A DNA stretch of 64,000 nt from an uncultured Eubacteriales bacterium (GCA_964624385.1 CAZUZV010000004.1:12348-76347); one strand, 5' to 3'; shown: positions 1-10,541, counted from the first letter of the stretch. Translations and numbers: made by a program. Notes: generated by a model from the sequence alone, not told the origin.

Positions 1-2
1 AT

Positions 3-539
3 GTGGCTTTCGGACCTGAGAATCTCGGCATTCCCCGTAAGGAAATAAGAAAACGTGTTGATGATGCATTGAAAATTGTTGATATGTATGATTACAGAAA
101 ACACGAACCCCACCGCCTTTCCGGTGGTCAGAAGCAAAGAGTTGCTATTGCAGGTGTAATTGCAATGCAAACTAACTGCATAGTTCTTGATGAGCCTACC
201 GCAATGCTTGACCCAAAAGGCAGAAGAGAGGTTATGAATGCTCTTTTGAAATTGAAAAATGATTTAGGCATTTCGGTTATTCTTGTTACACACTTTATGG
301 ATGAGGCGGTTAAAGCCGATAGGGTAGTGGTAATGAATGACGGTAAGGTTTGCCTTGATGGTACACCCAGAGAGGTCTTTTCAAATACCGAATTCTTAAA
401 GTCCATAGGACTCGCTGTTCCTAAGCCAATGGAGCTTGCACTCGCTTTAAAAGAAAGCGGAATTGATCTAAAAGAAACACCGCTTACTGCGGAAGAGTTT
501 GTTGAAATTTTTAAAGAATATACAGATAACAGAGGTTAA
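3..539 (+). CDS. ecfA1: ECF transporter ATPase subunit EcfA1 (C-terminal part; 5-prime end lies outside the window)
   Basis: ABC signature [13 protein letters not shown], Walker B IVLDEPT and H-loop VTHF. Immediately followed by a second ECF ATPase and EcfT. Confidence 0.9.
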   Translation: MAFGPENLGIPRKEIRKRVDDALKIVDMYDYRKHEPHRLSGGQKQRVAIAGVIAMQTNCIVLDEPTAMLDPKGRREVMNALLKLKNDLGISVILVTHFMDEAVKADRVVVMNDGKVCLDGTPREVFSNTEFLKSIGLAVPKPMELALALKESGIDLKETPLTAEEFVEIFKEYTDNRG

Positions 540-542
540 AAT

Positions 543-1406
543 ATGTCCGTGCTTTCAGTGGACAACTTAATATATGGTTATTCCAAAGGTACCCCGTTTG
601 AAATGGGTGCTTTAAGAGGCGTTTCCCTTGATTTTCAGCAAGGCGAAATTGTGGCTCTTATAGGGCATACCGGTTCGGGTAAAAGCACTCTTTTGCAACA
701 CCTGAACGGACTTTTAAAGGCTGACTCGGGTAAGGTTCTTTTTGAGGGTGTTGATATTCATTCATCAAAAGAAACTCTTCGAAAATGCCGTTTTAATGTG
801 GGTTTATGCTTTCAGTATCCCGAACAACAGCTTTTTGAGTCAACGGTTTATAAAGATATTGCTTTTGGTCCAAAAAATATGGGTCTTTCAGAAGATGATA
901 TAAAGAAGAGAGTTTATTCTTCAATTTCTTATGTAGGACTTTCAGAGGAATATCTTGAAAAGTCACCCTTTGACCTATCCGGTGGTGAAAAACGAAGAGT
1001 TGCTATTGCAGGTGTTATTGCAATGGAGCCGAAGGTTCTCATTCTTGATGAGCCTACTGCCGGTCTTGACCCGGTTGGTAAAAACGCTCTTTTAAAGCTT
1101 ATTAAAGATTATAATGCTTTAACAGGAAGCACAGTCATTTTTGTTTCTCATAATATGGATGATGTTGCAAATGTTGCTCATAGAGTTATTGTTATGAATA
1201 AAGGGCAGGTTGCACTTTCGGGAACAGTTGAAGAGGTTTATTCAAAAGGAGAAAATCTTTCTGGTTTAGGTCTTGATGTGCCTGAAATTACAAATATTTT
1301 CCTTGAACTCAAGAAAAACGGCTTTGATTTGGGCGAAACTGCTTATACAGTTGAAGGCGCTAAGCAAGCTATTTTGAAATATTTAGGCGAGGGGGAAAAT
1401 ATATGA
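543..1406 (+). CDS. ecfA2: ECF transporter ATPase subunit EcfA2
   Basis: Walker A GHTGSGKST, signature LSGGEKRRVAIAG, Walker B LILDEPT. 4-nt gap after ecfA1 and overlaps the ecfT start. Confidence 0.9.
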   Translation: MSVLSVDNLIYGYSKGTPFEMGALRGVSLDFQQGEIVALIGHTGSGKSTLLQHLNGLLKADSGKVLFEGVDIHSSKETLRKCRFNVGLCFQYPEQQLFESTVYKDIAFGPKNMGLSEDDIKKRVYSSISYVGLSEEYLEKSPFDLSGGEKRRVAIAGVIAMEPKVLILDEPTAGLDPVGKNALLKLIKDYNALTGSTVIFVSHNMDDVANVAHRVIVMNKGQVALSGTVEEVYSKGENLSGLGLDVPEITNIFLELKKNGFDLGETAYTVEGAKQAILKYLGEGENI

Positions 1407-2218
1407 TAAAAGATATTACAATCGGTCAGTTTTTTCCCGGCAATTCACCAATTCATAAATTAGATGCAAGAACAAAAATACTTTTAACTTTTATATTTAT
1501 TATTTTTATTTTTGTTTGTCAGAATTTCTGGTCTTTAGGGCTTTTGAGCGGTTTTGCGGTTGTTGTATTCTTGCTTACGAAACTTTCACCTAAGCTCGTT
1601 TTAAAAAGCTTTAAACCGCTATTGCCAATCGTTTTGCTTACAACAATTTTGCAAATTTACTATATAAAGGAAGGTAATATCCTTTTTGATTGGAAATTTA
1701 TAACTATAACGGATAAGGGCGTTTTTACCGCTATTTTCATTGTTATAAGAATTTTTGCTTTACTTTTAATGAGCTCACTTTTAACATATACAACATCTCC
1801 AACGGATTTAACAGATGCTATTGAAAAGCTTTTGTCACCTTTGAAGTTTTTTAAAGTTGATGTTCATACATTTGCAATGATGATGACGATTGCTTTAAGA
1901 TTTATTCCTACTCTCATCGATGAAATTGACCGTATTATGTCAGCTCAGAAGGCGAGAGGCGCAGATTTTGAAAGCGGTAATTTAATTAACAGGATTAAAG
2001 CCTTATTTCCTATTTTTATTCCTCTGTTTATTTCTGCTTTTAAAAGAGCAATTGAGCTTACAGATGCTATGTCCTGCCGTTGTTACACAGGTGGAGAAGG
2101 CAGAACTCGCTTGAGACAAATGAAAATAACTCACAGAGATTTCGTGGCTTTCTCAATTATGACTGTGGTATGCACAGGGATAATTCTTTTGAATATTTAT
2201 TTTAATCATGTGATATAA
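1403..2218 (+). CDS. ecfT: ECF transporter transmembrane subunit EcfT
   Basis: Polytopic membrane protein with the conserved Ala-Arg-Gly motif (SAQKARGADFESG). Canonical position after ecfA1 and ecfA2. Confidence 0.85.
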   Translation: MIKDITIGQFFPGNSPIHKLDARTKILLTFIFIIFIFVCQNFWSLGLLSGFAVVVFLLTKLSPKLVLKSFKPLLPIVLLTTILQIYYIKEGNILFDWKFITITDKGVFTAIFIVIRIFALLLMSSLLTYTTSPTDLTDAIEKLLSPLKFFKVDVHTFAMMMTIALRFIPTLIDEIDRIMSAQKARGADFESGNLINRIKALFPIFIPLFISAFKRAIELTDAMSCRCYTGGEGRTRLRQMKITHRDFVAFSIMTVVCTGIILLNIYFNHVI

Positions 2219-2221
2219 TTT

Positions 2222-2980
2222 ATGAGAAATTTATTGTTTAAAATTGCCTTTGATGGTGCAGCTTTTCATGGCTGGCAGCAACAAGAAAACGCAGTAAGCG
2301 TGCAAGGGGAGTTAAAAAAGGCTTGGGAAGGCTTAACCGGAGAAAAGCCGAATATAATAGGTTGTAGCAGAACTGATGCAGGCGTTCATGCAAATGAATT
2401 CTATTTTAATGTAAGAACAGCTTCGACAATTCCCGCGGAAAGCTTTGCTGTTGCCCTTGCATCAGCAAAGCTACCTAAAGAGATATCAATTTATTCTTGT
2501 GTAGAGGTTGACTATGACTTTAATGCACGTTTTGACTGTGTAAAAAAGGAATATGAATATATAATTGAAAACACTCCTGTCCCGTCTCCGTTTATGTTTA
2601 AAAGAGCGTTCAATTATAAATATAAAATTGATGTTGATTTAATGAATAAAGCAGCACAGAGCTTTGTGGGTACTCATGATTTTTCTGCTTTTTGCGCTGC
2701 AGGTGCGCAAGTAAAATCAAAAGTCAGAACCATTTACAGTGCAAGAGTTTTTCGTGATGGCGATTTAGTGAAATTTCGTGTGTGCGGTAACGGTTTTCTT
2801 TACAATATGGTCAGGATTATGGCAGGTACTCTGCTTTATGTAAACAACGGTAGGATTGAAGCAGAGGAAATTTCAACTATTATTAAAAACGGAGATCGTA
2901 CAAAAGCGGGGATTACCGCCATACCCGACGGCCTTTATTTAAATAAAGTGTATTATGGAGGTGAATCGGTTGAAAGTTAA
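2222..2980 (+). CDS. truA: tRNA pseudouridine(38-40) synthase TruA
   Basis: Catalytic motif CSRTDAGVHA and C-terminal GNGFLYNMVRIMAG. Typical ecfT-truA synteny of Firmicutes. Confidence 0.9.
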   Translation: MRNLLFKIAFDGAAFHGWQQQENAVSVQGELKKAWEGLTGEKPNIIGCSRTDAGVHANEFYFNVRTASTIPAESFAVALASAKLPKEISIYSCVEVDYDFNARFDCVKKEYEYIIENTPVPSPFMFKRAFNYKYKIDVDLMNKAAQSFVGTHDFSAFCAAGAQVKSKVRTIYSARVFRDGDLVKFRVCGNGFLYNMVRIMAGTLLYVNNGRIEAEEISTIIKNGDRTKAGITAIPDGLYLNKVYYGGESVES

Positions 2981-4181
2981 GTTTAAAGAACTGAACAGCG
3001 GTTATACAGGCTACGGGAGAGTTTCACGTTTTTCTCAAAAAACGAGAAGTAAAATGACTATTGCAGGTGTTTTAGTAGCGGTATTTGTATTTGTTTATAT
3101 TCTTTCTTCTGTCGGAATTATACCGATTGATGCAATTGGTGCAAGAGTTTCTTCTTTTGTTCGTCAGGACGGTGATAATTTTCCTGTTTCTGTTAATACC
3201 GATTCAACTGTTAATACGGTTGTAATCGGTGATAATATTCTGGTTTTGACTACAGAGAATTTCTCCGTGTATTCACAAAGCGGAAAACTAATTTATACGC
3301 AACCTCATAATTATGCTGCTCCCGCTGTTTCAGTGAATGGTGCTAAAGGTGTAGTTTTTGACAGAGGCTACAAAAACTACATGTTGATTAATGAAAAAAA
3401 AGTTGTATATACAGGAGAGTCATCTAACGATATAATTTGTGCCGAATATGGTGAAAGCGGCAATTATGCCCTCGGAACAGAGGGAGAAGATTCAACCAGC
3501 AAGCTCACCGTTTATTCTGCAACCAATAAAATTAAGTTTCAGTGGAAATGTGCATATGAACATATAGTTTCGATAGCTTTGGCATCAAACGGTAGGTTTG
3601 CAGGAGTGGCAGTTGTTGGAGCAGAGAATGGTGAGATTTTCACTTGTGTTAAATATTTTGGGTTTGATTACCAAGAACCGCTAAATTCCCAGACTATATC
3701 GGGTACTGCTGCATTTGATTTGAAATTTACCGCGGTAAATACTTTAACTCTTTTTTCTGATACAGGTGTTTTTAAAGTTACAAAAAAAGGTGAAACTTTT
3801 GAAACCATAAGTCAGTATTATTCATCTGAATTCAATTCATTCGACTGTGCTGATAACGGTAAATATATAGTTGCATTAGCAAAATATGGCAGTGCGAATG
3901 ATTTTTCTGTTTCGGTATATTCTCCTAACGGTAAAGAAAATGCCACTATTTCTGTTGATAGTGCAATAAAAAGTGTGGCAATGAGTGATAAATATATATT
4001 TGCTCTTGCCGAAAACGAGATAATGGTTTATAATTTAAACGGGAGAAAAATCAGTCAAATTGATGTGAAAGGTGATGCAAGAAGTATTCTTCCTACCGAT
4101 AAATATATTTTCATCAATTCTCTCGATAAAATATTAAGATGTTATTCATACGGTAATACTGTCGTTGAAATTAGTAATTAA
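2955..4181 (+). CDS. Hypothetical membrane-anchored protein, probably extracytoplasmic and beta-rich
   Basis: Long ORF with one N-terminal TM helix (IAGVLVAVFVFVYILSSVGII) followed by repetitive beta-strand-like sequence. An in-frame TTG at 2970 sits 6 nt behind GGAGGTG and may be the true start. Confidence 0.6.
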   Translation: MEVNRLKVKFKELNSGYTGYGRVSRFSQKTRSKMTIAGVLVAVFVFVYILSSVGIIPIDAIGARVSSFVRQDGDNFPVSVNTDSTVNTVVIGDNILVLTTENFSVYSQSGKLIYTQPHNYAAPAVSVNGAKGVVFDRGYKNYMLINEKKVVYTGESSNDIICAEYGESGNYALGTEGEDSTSKLTVYSATNKIKFQWKCAYEHIVSIALASNGRFAGVAVVGAENGEIFTCVKYFGFDYQEPLNSQTISGTAAFDLKFTAVNTLTLFSDTGVFKVTKKGETFETISQYYSSEFNSFDCADNGKYIVALAKYGSANDFSVSVYSPNGKENATISVDSAIKSVAMSDKYIFALAENEIMVYNLNGRKISQIDVKGDARSILPTDKYIFINSLDKILRCYSYGNTVVEISN

Positions 4182-4198
4182 TGTAAGGAGGTTTTTTA

Positions 4199-4906
4199 AT
4201 GGCATACATAATTGATATTCTTATTATTGCGTTGTTTGTATTTTTGGTAGTTTCAGCGTACAAAAAAGGTTTTGTATCTACTGTGATTGATACTTTTGCA
4301 GTGGCAATTTCTGCGGTTTTATCATACAAGTTCTTTGAACCTGTTGCAGAAGGTGCGTACAATCTCTTGGTTCGTAATCTCGTTGAAACTCGTTTCACAA
4401 GAGTTTTGGAGGAGGTTTCTTCGAGTTTAAGTATTGCTGATAAGGTTTCTGCTATGATTGATGGACTTCCTCAAGGTGCAGTCAGACTTGCAGAGGTAAT
4501 GGGAGTTAATTTTAATTCCTTGGCACTGTCAATGTCATCATCAGGAAATCTTTCCGATGATGAATTAATAAGTCTTGCAGTTGATAAAATCGGTCATACA
4601 ATTATGATAAATGTAACGGAAGTAATTACATTTATTGCAATGTTTGTTATTATTACCGTTGCTTTGAAATTTCTTGCAGGTATGTTCAAAAAAGCAAATG
4701 ATATTCCGCTTTTAGGAAAATTAAATGCTTTACTCGGCGGTGTAATCGGTGTCGCAAAAGCTGGTGCAATTGTGTTTGTTGTGTGTACTGCATTCTATTT
4801 TATCGTTGGTATGTCAGGTGCAGGTCCTGTTATAGAGGCAATAAACAATTCAAAGATTTATGCGGCTATTATTGAAAATAATCCGATCGTAAACCTTGTC
4901 GGTTAA
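4199..4906 (+). CDS. CvpA-like integral membrane protein
   Basis: N-terminus DILIIALFVFLVVSAYKKGF and several TM helices resemble the CvpA family. RBS AAGGAGG upstream. Family assignment is from memory only. Confidence 0.5.
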   Translation: MAYIIDILIIALFVFLVVSAYKKGFVSTVIDTFAVAISAVLSYKFFEPVAEGAYNLLVRNLVETRFTRVLEEVSSSLSIADKVSAMIDGLPQGAVRLAEVMGVNFNSLALSMSSSGNLSDDELISLAVDKIGHTIMINVTEVITFIAMFVIITVALKFLAGMFKKANDIPLLGKLNALLGGVIGVAKAGAIVFVVCTAFYFIVGMSGAGPVIEAINNSKIYAAIIENNPIVNLVG

Positions 4907-4929
4907 AGGCAATATTAAGGAGTTTTATA

Positions 4930-5541
4930 ATGAAAGATTTATTTAAAGGTTGTTGGACTATTCCGAATTTACTTAGTGTTATAAGAATTATTCTTATACC
5001 AGTTTTTGCTGTTCTGTTTTATAACGGCGAATACGGTTGGGCGATATTTACGCTGGTTCTTTCTGGGCTTTCAGATTTCTTTGACGGCAAAATTGCACGT
5101 AAATTTAACCAGATTAGCGCTTTGGGTAAAATGCTTGATCCCGTTGCAGATAAATTAACACAAATTACCATTGCGATTCTTTTGTTCGTTTCTTTCAATG
5201 GTGCAGAAGATGTAACTTTAAAAGCATTTAGTTGGGTTTTCCTTGTATTTATAATTAAAGAGTTGGTAATGGTTTTAGGCGGTGCGATTATGTTGGCTTG
5301 CGGAATTCGTCCCGGCGCGGCTGAAATCTACGGCAAGGTTGCAACCTTCGCTTTCTATGCAATTATGATTATTGTTATTGCATTTGGTCCCGAGGTTGGC
5401 GTCTTCAGAGCTGTTTTCACACTTCCCAACGCTCTTATGATGATACTTGTTATTATTTCGGCAATACTAACTCTTGTAGCCTTTGCAAGCTATATTCCCG
5501 AAACCTTCCGTCAATTTAAGGAACGTTTTTCTAAAAAATAA
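4930..5541 (+). CDS. CDP-alcohol phosphatidyltransferase family protein (PgsA-like)
   Basis: Full family motif DG-x2-AR-x8-G-x3-D-x3-D in DFFDGKIARKFNQISALGKMLDPVADK. Multi-TM. RBS AAGGAG. Confidence 0.85.
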   Translation: MKDLFKGCWTIPNLLSVIRIILIPVFAVLFYNGEYGWAIFTLVLSGLSDFFDGKIARKFNQISALGKMLDPVADKLTQITIAILLFVSFNGAEDVTLKAFSWVFLVFIIKELVMVLGGAIMLACGIRPGAAEIYGKVATFAFYAIMIIVIAFGPEVGVFRAVFTLPNALMMILVIISAILTLVAFASYIPETFRQFKERFSKK

Positions 5542-5573
5542 AAATTCGAAATTCACTTTCTCAGGAGAACTAA

Positions 5574-7886
5574 ATGAACAATAAAATGATATGCAGCAAA
5601 TGCAAAAAGCGTCCTGCAGTAATTTTTGTGTCCCGTGTAGACGGAGACAAAACAACACAGGAAGGCTTTTGTATCAAATGTGCCACCGAACTCAACATCG
5701 GACCCATAAAGCAAATGATGCAAAATATGGGAATTACTGAGGATGATATTGAAGCGGTAAGTGAGCAGTTCGGCGATATGATGGAAAATATGGATGATTT
5801 CCAGCTTGGTGGCGCAGGAACAATGCCCTTTATGCAGAATTTCTTTAATAACAGTCCTTCAGAAAAGAATGCTCTGACTTCTGATGAGCAAATTGAAGAT
5901 GAAGCAGTTGAAGAAGAAAAAAATGAAAAAAAGAGCAAAAAGAAAAAAGGTAAACATAAAACAAAACGTAAGTTTTTAAATTCATATTGTACCGACCTTA
6001 CCGCAAGAGCGAGAGATGGTAAAATTGACAGAATTATTGGTAGAGAAACTGAGATTTACAGAGTTACTCAGATTCTTTGCAGAAGAACCAAAAATAACCC
6101 TTGCTTAATAGGTGAACCCGGTGTTGGTAAAACTGCAATTGCGGAGGGTCTTGCTCTTAAAATTGCCGCAGGTGATGTCCCTGCAAGAATTGCAGATAAA
6201 GAAATCCATCTCCTTGATTTAACATCTCTTGTTGCAGGTACTCAGTTCAGAGGACAGTTTGAAAGCAGAATTAAAGGTCTTGTAGATGAGGTGAAGGAAG
6301 AGGGGAATATAATCCTCTTTATTGACGAAGTTCATAACCTTGTAGGTACAGGTGATGCAGAAGGCTCAATGAACGCTGCAAATATCTTAAAGCCTGCTCT
6401 TTCAAGAGGTCAGATTCAGGTTATCGGTGCTACTACTTTTAATGAGTATAGAAAGCATATTGAAAAAGATGCAGCTCTTGAAAGAAGATTTCAACCTGTT
6501 AAAGTTGAAGAACCTTCTGTTGAAGAATGCTTCAAAATGCTTGTGGGAATTAAAGAATATTATGAAGATTTCCATAAGGTTAAAATTTCCGATGCCCTTG
6601 TTTACAGAGCAGTTCACCTTTCGGAAAGATATATTAATGACAGATTTTTGCCCGATAAGGCAATTGACCTTCTTGATGAGGCTTGCACTTGCGCAAACCT
6701 TCGTAATGTTGCCATAAGCGATTACCAGAAGCTTATGACTAAAATTGAAGATTTGAATGAGCGTCAGGAGGAGCTTCTTGACACAACTGCCGAAGAAGGT
6801 CCGGATTATGAAGCGATTTCTAATCTAAAAGCAGAAAAAATTGCTCTTGAAAAAGAAGCGGCACAGCTTAAAATCAAAGCCGATGATAACGATGTTACGG
6901 AAGAGGATATTGCAAAGGTAATTAACCTTTGGACAGGTATCCCAACATCAAAAATCATCGAGAACGATATGAGAAAGCTTTCAGGTCTTGAAAGCAAACT
7001 TAAACAGAGAATTATCGGTCAGGATGAAGCAATTGAGGTTCTTGCAGCAGCTATAAGACGAAGCAGAGTTCAGATTTCAGCCGTAAGAAAGCCTGCATCC
7101 TTTATCTTTGTTGGTCCGACCGGTGTGGGTAAAACCGAGCTTGTAAAGCAGCTTGCAAATGAGCTTTTTGAAACTCCTGAAACTCTCATTCGTCTTGATA
7201 TGTCCGAGTTTATGGAGAAGCATAGCGTTTCCCGTCTTATTGGTTCTCCTCCCGGTTATGTTGGTTATGATGAAGCAGGTCAGCTTACAGAAAAGGTAAG
7301 AAGAAAACCCTATTCGGTTGTTCTTTTTGATGAAATAGAAAAAGCTCATCCCGATGTTCTTAACATTCTTCTTCAGATTCTTGATGAAGGGAAAACTAAC
7401 GATGCTCAGGGCAGAACAGTAAGCTTTGAAAATACTGTTATTATTATGACCTCTAATGCAGGCAGTCATATAAGCGAAAATGCTCTTGGCTTTAACCGTG
7501 ATAAAAACCAAGCCTCAAAAGACAAAACGATGAAAGCGTTGAAAGAATTTTTGAGACCTGAGTTTTTAGGAAGAGTTGACGAGATTGTTACGTTCAACAC
7601 TCTCGGAAAAGAAGAGCTTGTTAAAATTGCTGAAGTTTTGTTAAATGAGCTTAAAGCACCTCTTAAAGATAAGGGCATTGACCTTGTTGTTAATGATGGG
7701 GTATATGAAATTATTGCCGATATGTCCGAAGATGGTGGCAGAGGTGCCCGTGATATAAGAAGAACAATAAGAAAAGAAGTTGAAGATAAAATAGCAAGCA
7801 TTCTTATTGATAATGCGGGTGAGCTTGTAAATGGAATTACTGTTAACAGCGTTAATGGTGAAATAGCAGTGGATTTCAAATCATAA
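5574..7886 (+). CDS. Clp/Hsp100 AAA+ unfoldase with ClpE-like architecture
   Basis: N-terminal CxxC...CxxC zinc ribbon (CSKC..CIKC) and a Lys/Glu-rich linker. Two AAA+ modules: Walker A GEPGVGKT and GPTGVGKT, Walker B ILFIDEVH and [11 protein letters not shown] ClpP-docking tripeptide present. No Clp_N repeat domain. Confidence 0.85.
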   Translation: MNNKMICSKCKKRPAVIFVSRVDGDKTTQEGFCIKCATELNIGPIKQMMQNMGITEDDIEAVSEQFGDMMENMDDFQLGGAGTMPFMQNFFNNSPSEKNALTSDEQIEDEAVEEEKNEKKSKKKKGKHKTKRKFLNSYCTDLTARARDGKIDRIIGRETEIYRVTQILCRRTKNNPCLIGEPGVGKTAIAEGLALKIAAGDVPARIADKEIHLLDLTSLVAGTQFRGQFESRIKGLVDEVKEEGNIILFIDEVHNLVGTGDAEGSMNAANILKPALSRGQIQVIGATTFNEYRKHIEKDAALERRFQPVKVEEPSVEECFKMLVGIKEYYEDFHKVKISDALVYRAVHLSERYINDRFLPDKAIDLLDEACTCANLRNVAISDYQKLMTKIEDLNERQEELLDTTAEEGPDYEAISNLKAEKIALEKEAAQLKIKADDNDVTEEDIAKVINLWTGIPTSKIIENDMRKLSGLESKLKQRIIGQDEAIEVLAAAIRRSRVQISAVRKPASFIFVGPTGVGKTELVKQLANELFETPETLIRLDMSEFMEKHSVSRLIGSPPGYVGYDEAGQLTEKVRRKPYSVVLFDEIEKAHPDVLNILLQILDEGKTNDAQGRTVSFENTVIIMTSNAGSHISENALGFNRDKNQASKDKTMKALKEFLRPEFLGRVDEIVTFNTLGKEELVKIAEVLLNELKAPLKDKGIDLVVNDGVYEIIADMSEDGGRGARDIRRTIRKEVEDKIASILIDNAGELVNGITVNSVNGEIAVDFKS

Positions 7887-7894
7887 AACACAAA

Positions 7895-7928
7895 ATACCG
7901 ACAGAGCAAAAAGTTCTGTCGGTATTTT
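7895..7928 (+). terminator. Rho-independent terminator after the Clp ATPase gene
   Basis: 11-bp stem ataccgacaga/tctgtcggtat followed by TTTT. Confidence 0.8.
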
Positions 7929-7944
7929 AGAATTAAGGATATGT

Positions 7945-10530
7945 ATGAAAAAAGTGGTAGTCGGTATTATTGCCCATGTGGATGCAGGGAAAACAACTCT
8001 TGCAGAAACGCTTCTTTATAAATCGGGCAAAATAAGAAAATTAGGTCGTGTTGATAATGGTGACACGGCTTTGGATACCCATACCCTTGAGCGTGAAAGA
8101 GGTATAACAATATTTGCAGGACAGTCTGTGTTTAATATAGGTGATTTGGAAATAAACCTTCTTGATACACCCGGGCATGTTGATTTTTCTGCAGAAACAG
8201 AAAGAATGCTTAAAATTCTTGATTATGCAATTCTCGTTATAAGCGGAACAGACGGTGTTCAGGCTCATACAAGAACTTTGTGGAAGCTTCTTTGCGCCTA
8301 TAATATTCCCACATTCATTTTTGTTACAAAAATGGATTATGCAAGACTTTCTAAAGAAGAACTTATTGCTGATTTAAGAGGTCTTTGCTCTGATAATTGC
8401 ATAGATTTTTCAGATGAAGTTTCAAATGATTTCTTAGAAAATATTTCAATGTGTGATGAAGACGCCTTGGAAACATATCTGGAAAGCGGAACAATAGAAA
8501 CGGAGAAAATCAAAGAGTTAATAGTTTCCCGAAAATGTACTCCTTGTTATTTTGGTTCAGGGTTAAAAGGCGATGGCGTTGATGAATTTGTCAACGGTCT
8601 GGAAAAGTATATTTCAGTTAAAAAATACCCTGAAGAATTTGGTGCAAAGGTATATAAAATAACTCACGACCCCAAAGGCGAAAGAATAACCCATATAAAA
8701 ATAACAGGTGGTTCTTTAAAGGTTAAAGATACCGTATCAATAGATGAAAAAAACGAAAAGATTAATAATATAAGAGTTTATTCGGGCGAGAAATTTATAA
8801 CTGTAGAAGAAGCAACAAGTGGGGGCATATACGCTCTTACCGGATTGAATTCCGTAAATACAGGTGACGGACTAGGCTTTGAAACATCCTTTGGAAAAGC
8901 TTTTTTAGAGCCTGTTATGAACTATAGAATTGTTCTGCCTAAGGATTGCGACCCTAAAACCTTTTTTTCGAAATTAAAAGAGCTTGAAGCAGAAGACCCA
9001 CAGCTACATATCACTTGGAACACATACTTGCAGGAAATATATGTTTCCCTGATGGGTGATGTTCAAACTGAGATTCTCAAAAGTATTATTTCTACTCGCT
9101 TTAATGTGGATGTAGAGATTGATAGCGGTAAGGTGCTTTATAAGGAAACGATTAATAATAAGGTTGAGGGAGTAGGACACTATGAACCCTTAAGGCATTA
9201 TGCTGAGGTTCATTTGATTTTAGAACCCTTGCCAAGAGGTAGCGGTATTGTTTTCTCTTCAAAATGCAGTGAAGATTCATTAAGCCGGAATTGGCAGAAT
9301 TTAATTATGGCTCATTTATCCGAAAAAGAGCATTTGGGCATACTTACAGGTTCGCCTGTAACTGATGTTAAAATCACTCTTGCTGCCGGTAGAGCACATT
9401 TAAAGCATACTGAGGGAGGAGACTTCAGGCAGTCTACATATAGAGCAGTAAGGCAAGGTCTTATGCAAGCAAAATCCATTCTTTTGGAGCCTTATTATAG
9501 CTTCAGACTTGAAGTTCCCACCGAACAAATCGGAAGGGCAATCAATGATGTAAGAATGAAAAACGGCACAATTGATTCTCCCGAGGATTTAAACGGAATA
9601 AGCATTTTAACGGGTAAAGCACCTGTTACAACATTGAATGGCTATGCTTCTGAGGTGGCTGCTTATACCGGTGGTAAAGGTAGATTGTTTCTTGAAGTAT
9701 GTGGTTATGATGTTTGCCATAATGCAGATGAAATAATTGAAAATTCAAAATATTCTCCCGAAAGTGATTTAGAAAACACTCCCGATTCAGTTTTTTGCGC
9801 TCACGGAGCAGGATTTAATGTTAAATGGGATAAGGTATTTGAATATATGCACATAGATTCTTGCCTTGAACAAGAGAAAACGCCATACGAGGTAAATCTC
9901 AATAAGCGTAATTTTCACATTGACGATAAAGAGCTGGAGGCTATAATGACCCGTGAATTTGGTGAAGACAAGCACCCATTTTACAGATATAGCCATAGTA
10001 AAACTCCTGCTAAACCCATTAATACGGAATATAATACGCAAATCTGTAAGAAGTATGTTATTGTTGACGGCTACAATGTGATTTTTGCTTGGGATGAGCT
10101 TAAAGAAATTGCAAACGATAATCTGGGGGTTGCACGGGATAAGCTTTTAGATGTTCTTTGTAATTATTCCGCTTTTACAAAATGTGAAACAATTGTAGTT
10201 TTTGATGCTTATAAGGTTTCGGGCAATAATGGGCAGAGGTTTAATTACAATAATATTCATGTTGTTTACACAAAAGAGCGTGAATTGGGGGATAATTATA
10301 TCGAAAAGCTTGTTAGCGATATAGGCAAAAATGAAAATGTCAGAGTTGTAACATCGGATAACCTTATTCAGCTTTCTTCTATTCGTTTTGGTGTGTTGCG
10401 CGTTTCCGCGCAGGATTTCAAAAGGGAAGTAGATGCAGTTGAAAAAAATATAGATGATTTGCTTTTCAAAATAAATAAACCCCGACCACAAAAAGTAGGG
10501 GAGTTAGTTGATTGGTTGTTAGAAAATTAA
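7945..10530 (+). CDS. Translational GTPase (TetM/EF-G-like, five-domain) fused to a C-terminal YacP/Rae1-type NYN ribonuclease domain
   Basis: G1 AHVDAGKT, G2 RGITI, G3 DTPGH, G4 TKMD; strong TetM-like similarity through about aa 640. The last ~165 aa carry the YacP/Rae1 motifs VIVDGYN, VVFDAY, GDNYIEKL and VTSDNL. Single uninterrupted ORF. Confidence 0.85.
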   Translation: MKKVVVGIIAHVDAGKTTLAETLLYKSGKIRKLGRVDNGDTALDTHTLERERGITIFAGQSVFNIGDLEINLLDTPGHVDFSAETERMLKILDYAILVISGTDGVQAHTRTLWKLLCAYNIPTFIFVTKMDYARLSKEELIADLRGLCSDNCIDFSDEVSNDFLENISMCDEDALETYLESGTIETEKIKELIVSRKCTPCYFGSGLKGDGVDEFVNGLEKYISVKKYPEEFGAKVYKITHDPKGERITHIKITGGSLKVKDTVSIDEKNEKINNIRVYSGEKFITVEEATSGGIYALTGLNSVNTGDGLGFETSFGKAFLEPVMNYRIVLPKDCDPKTFFSKLKELEAEDPQLHITWNTYLQEIYVSLMGDVQTEILKSIISTRFNVDVEIDSGKVLYKETINNKVEGVGHYEPLRHYAEVHLILEPLPRGSGIVFSSKCSEDSLSRNWQNLIMAHLSEKEHLGILTGSPVTDVKITLAAGRAHLKHTEGGDFRQSTYRAVRQGLMQAKSILLEPYYSFRLEVPTEQIGRAINDVRMKNGTIDSPEDLNGISILTGKAPVTTLNGYASEVAAYTGGKGRLFLEVCGYDVCHNADEIIENSKYSPESDLENTPDSVFCAHGAGFNVKWDKVFEYMHIDSCLEQEKTPYEVNLNKRNFHIDDKELEAIMTREFGEDKHPFYRYSHSKTPAKPINTEYNTQICKKYVIVDGYNVIFAWDELKEIANDNLGVARDKLLDVLCNYSAFTKCETIVVFDAYKVSGNNGQRFNYNNIHVVYTKERELGDNYIEKLVSDIGKNENVRVVTSDNLIQLSSIRFGVLRVSAQDFKREVDAVEKNIDDLLFKINKPRPQKVGELVDWLLEN

Positions 10531-10541
10531 ATAAAAAAACA

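Noticed and set aside
7945-9900. TetM-like N-terminal part as an acquired tetracycline ribosomal-protection resistance gene
   Set aside because: Family similarity alone cannot establish resistance. There is no mobile-element context, the gene sits among core genes, and it carries a fused NYN domain and a non-canonical G4 motif (TKMD). It is treated as a TetM/EF-G-family paralogue of unknown role.
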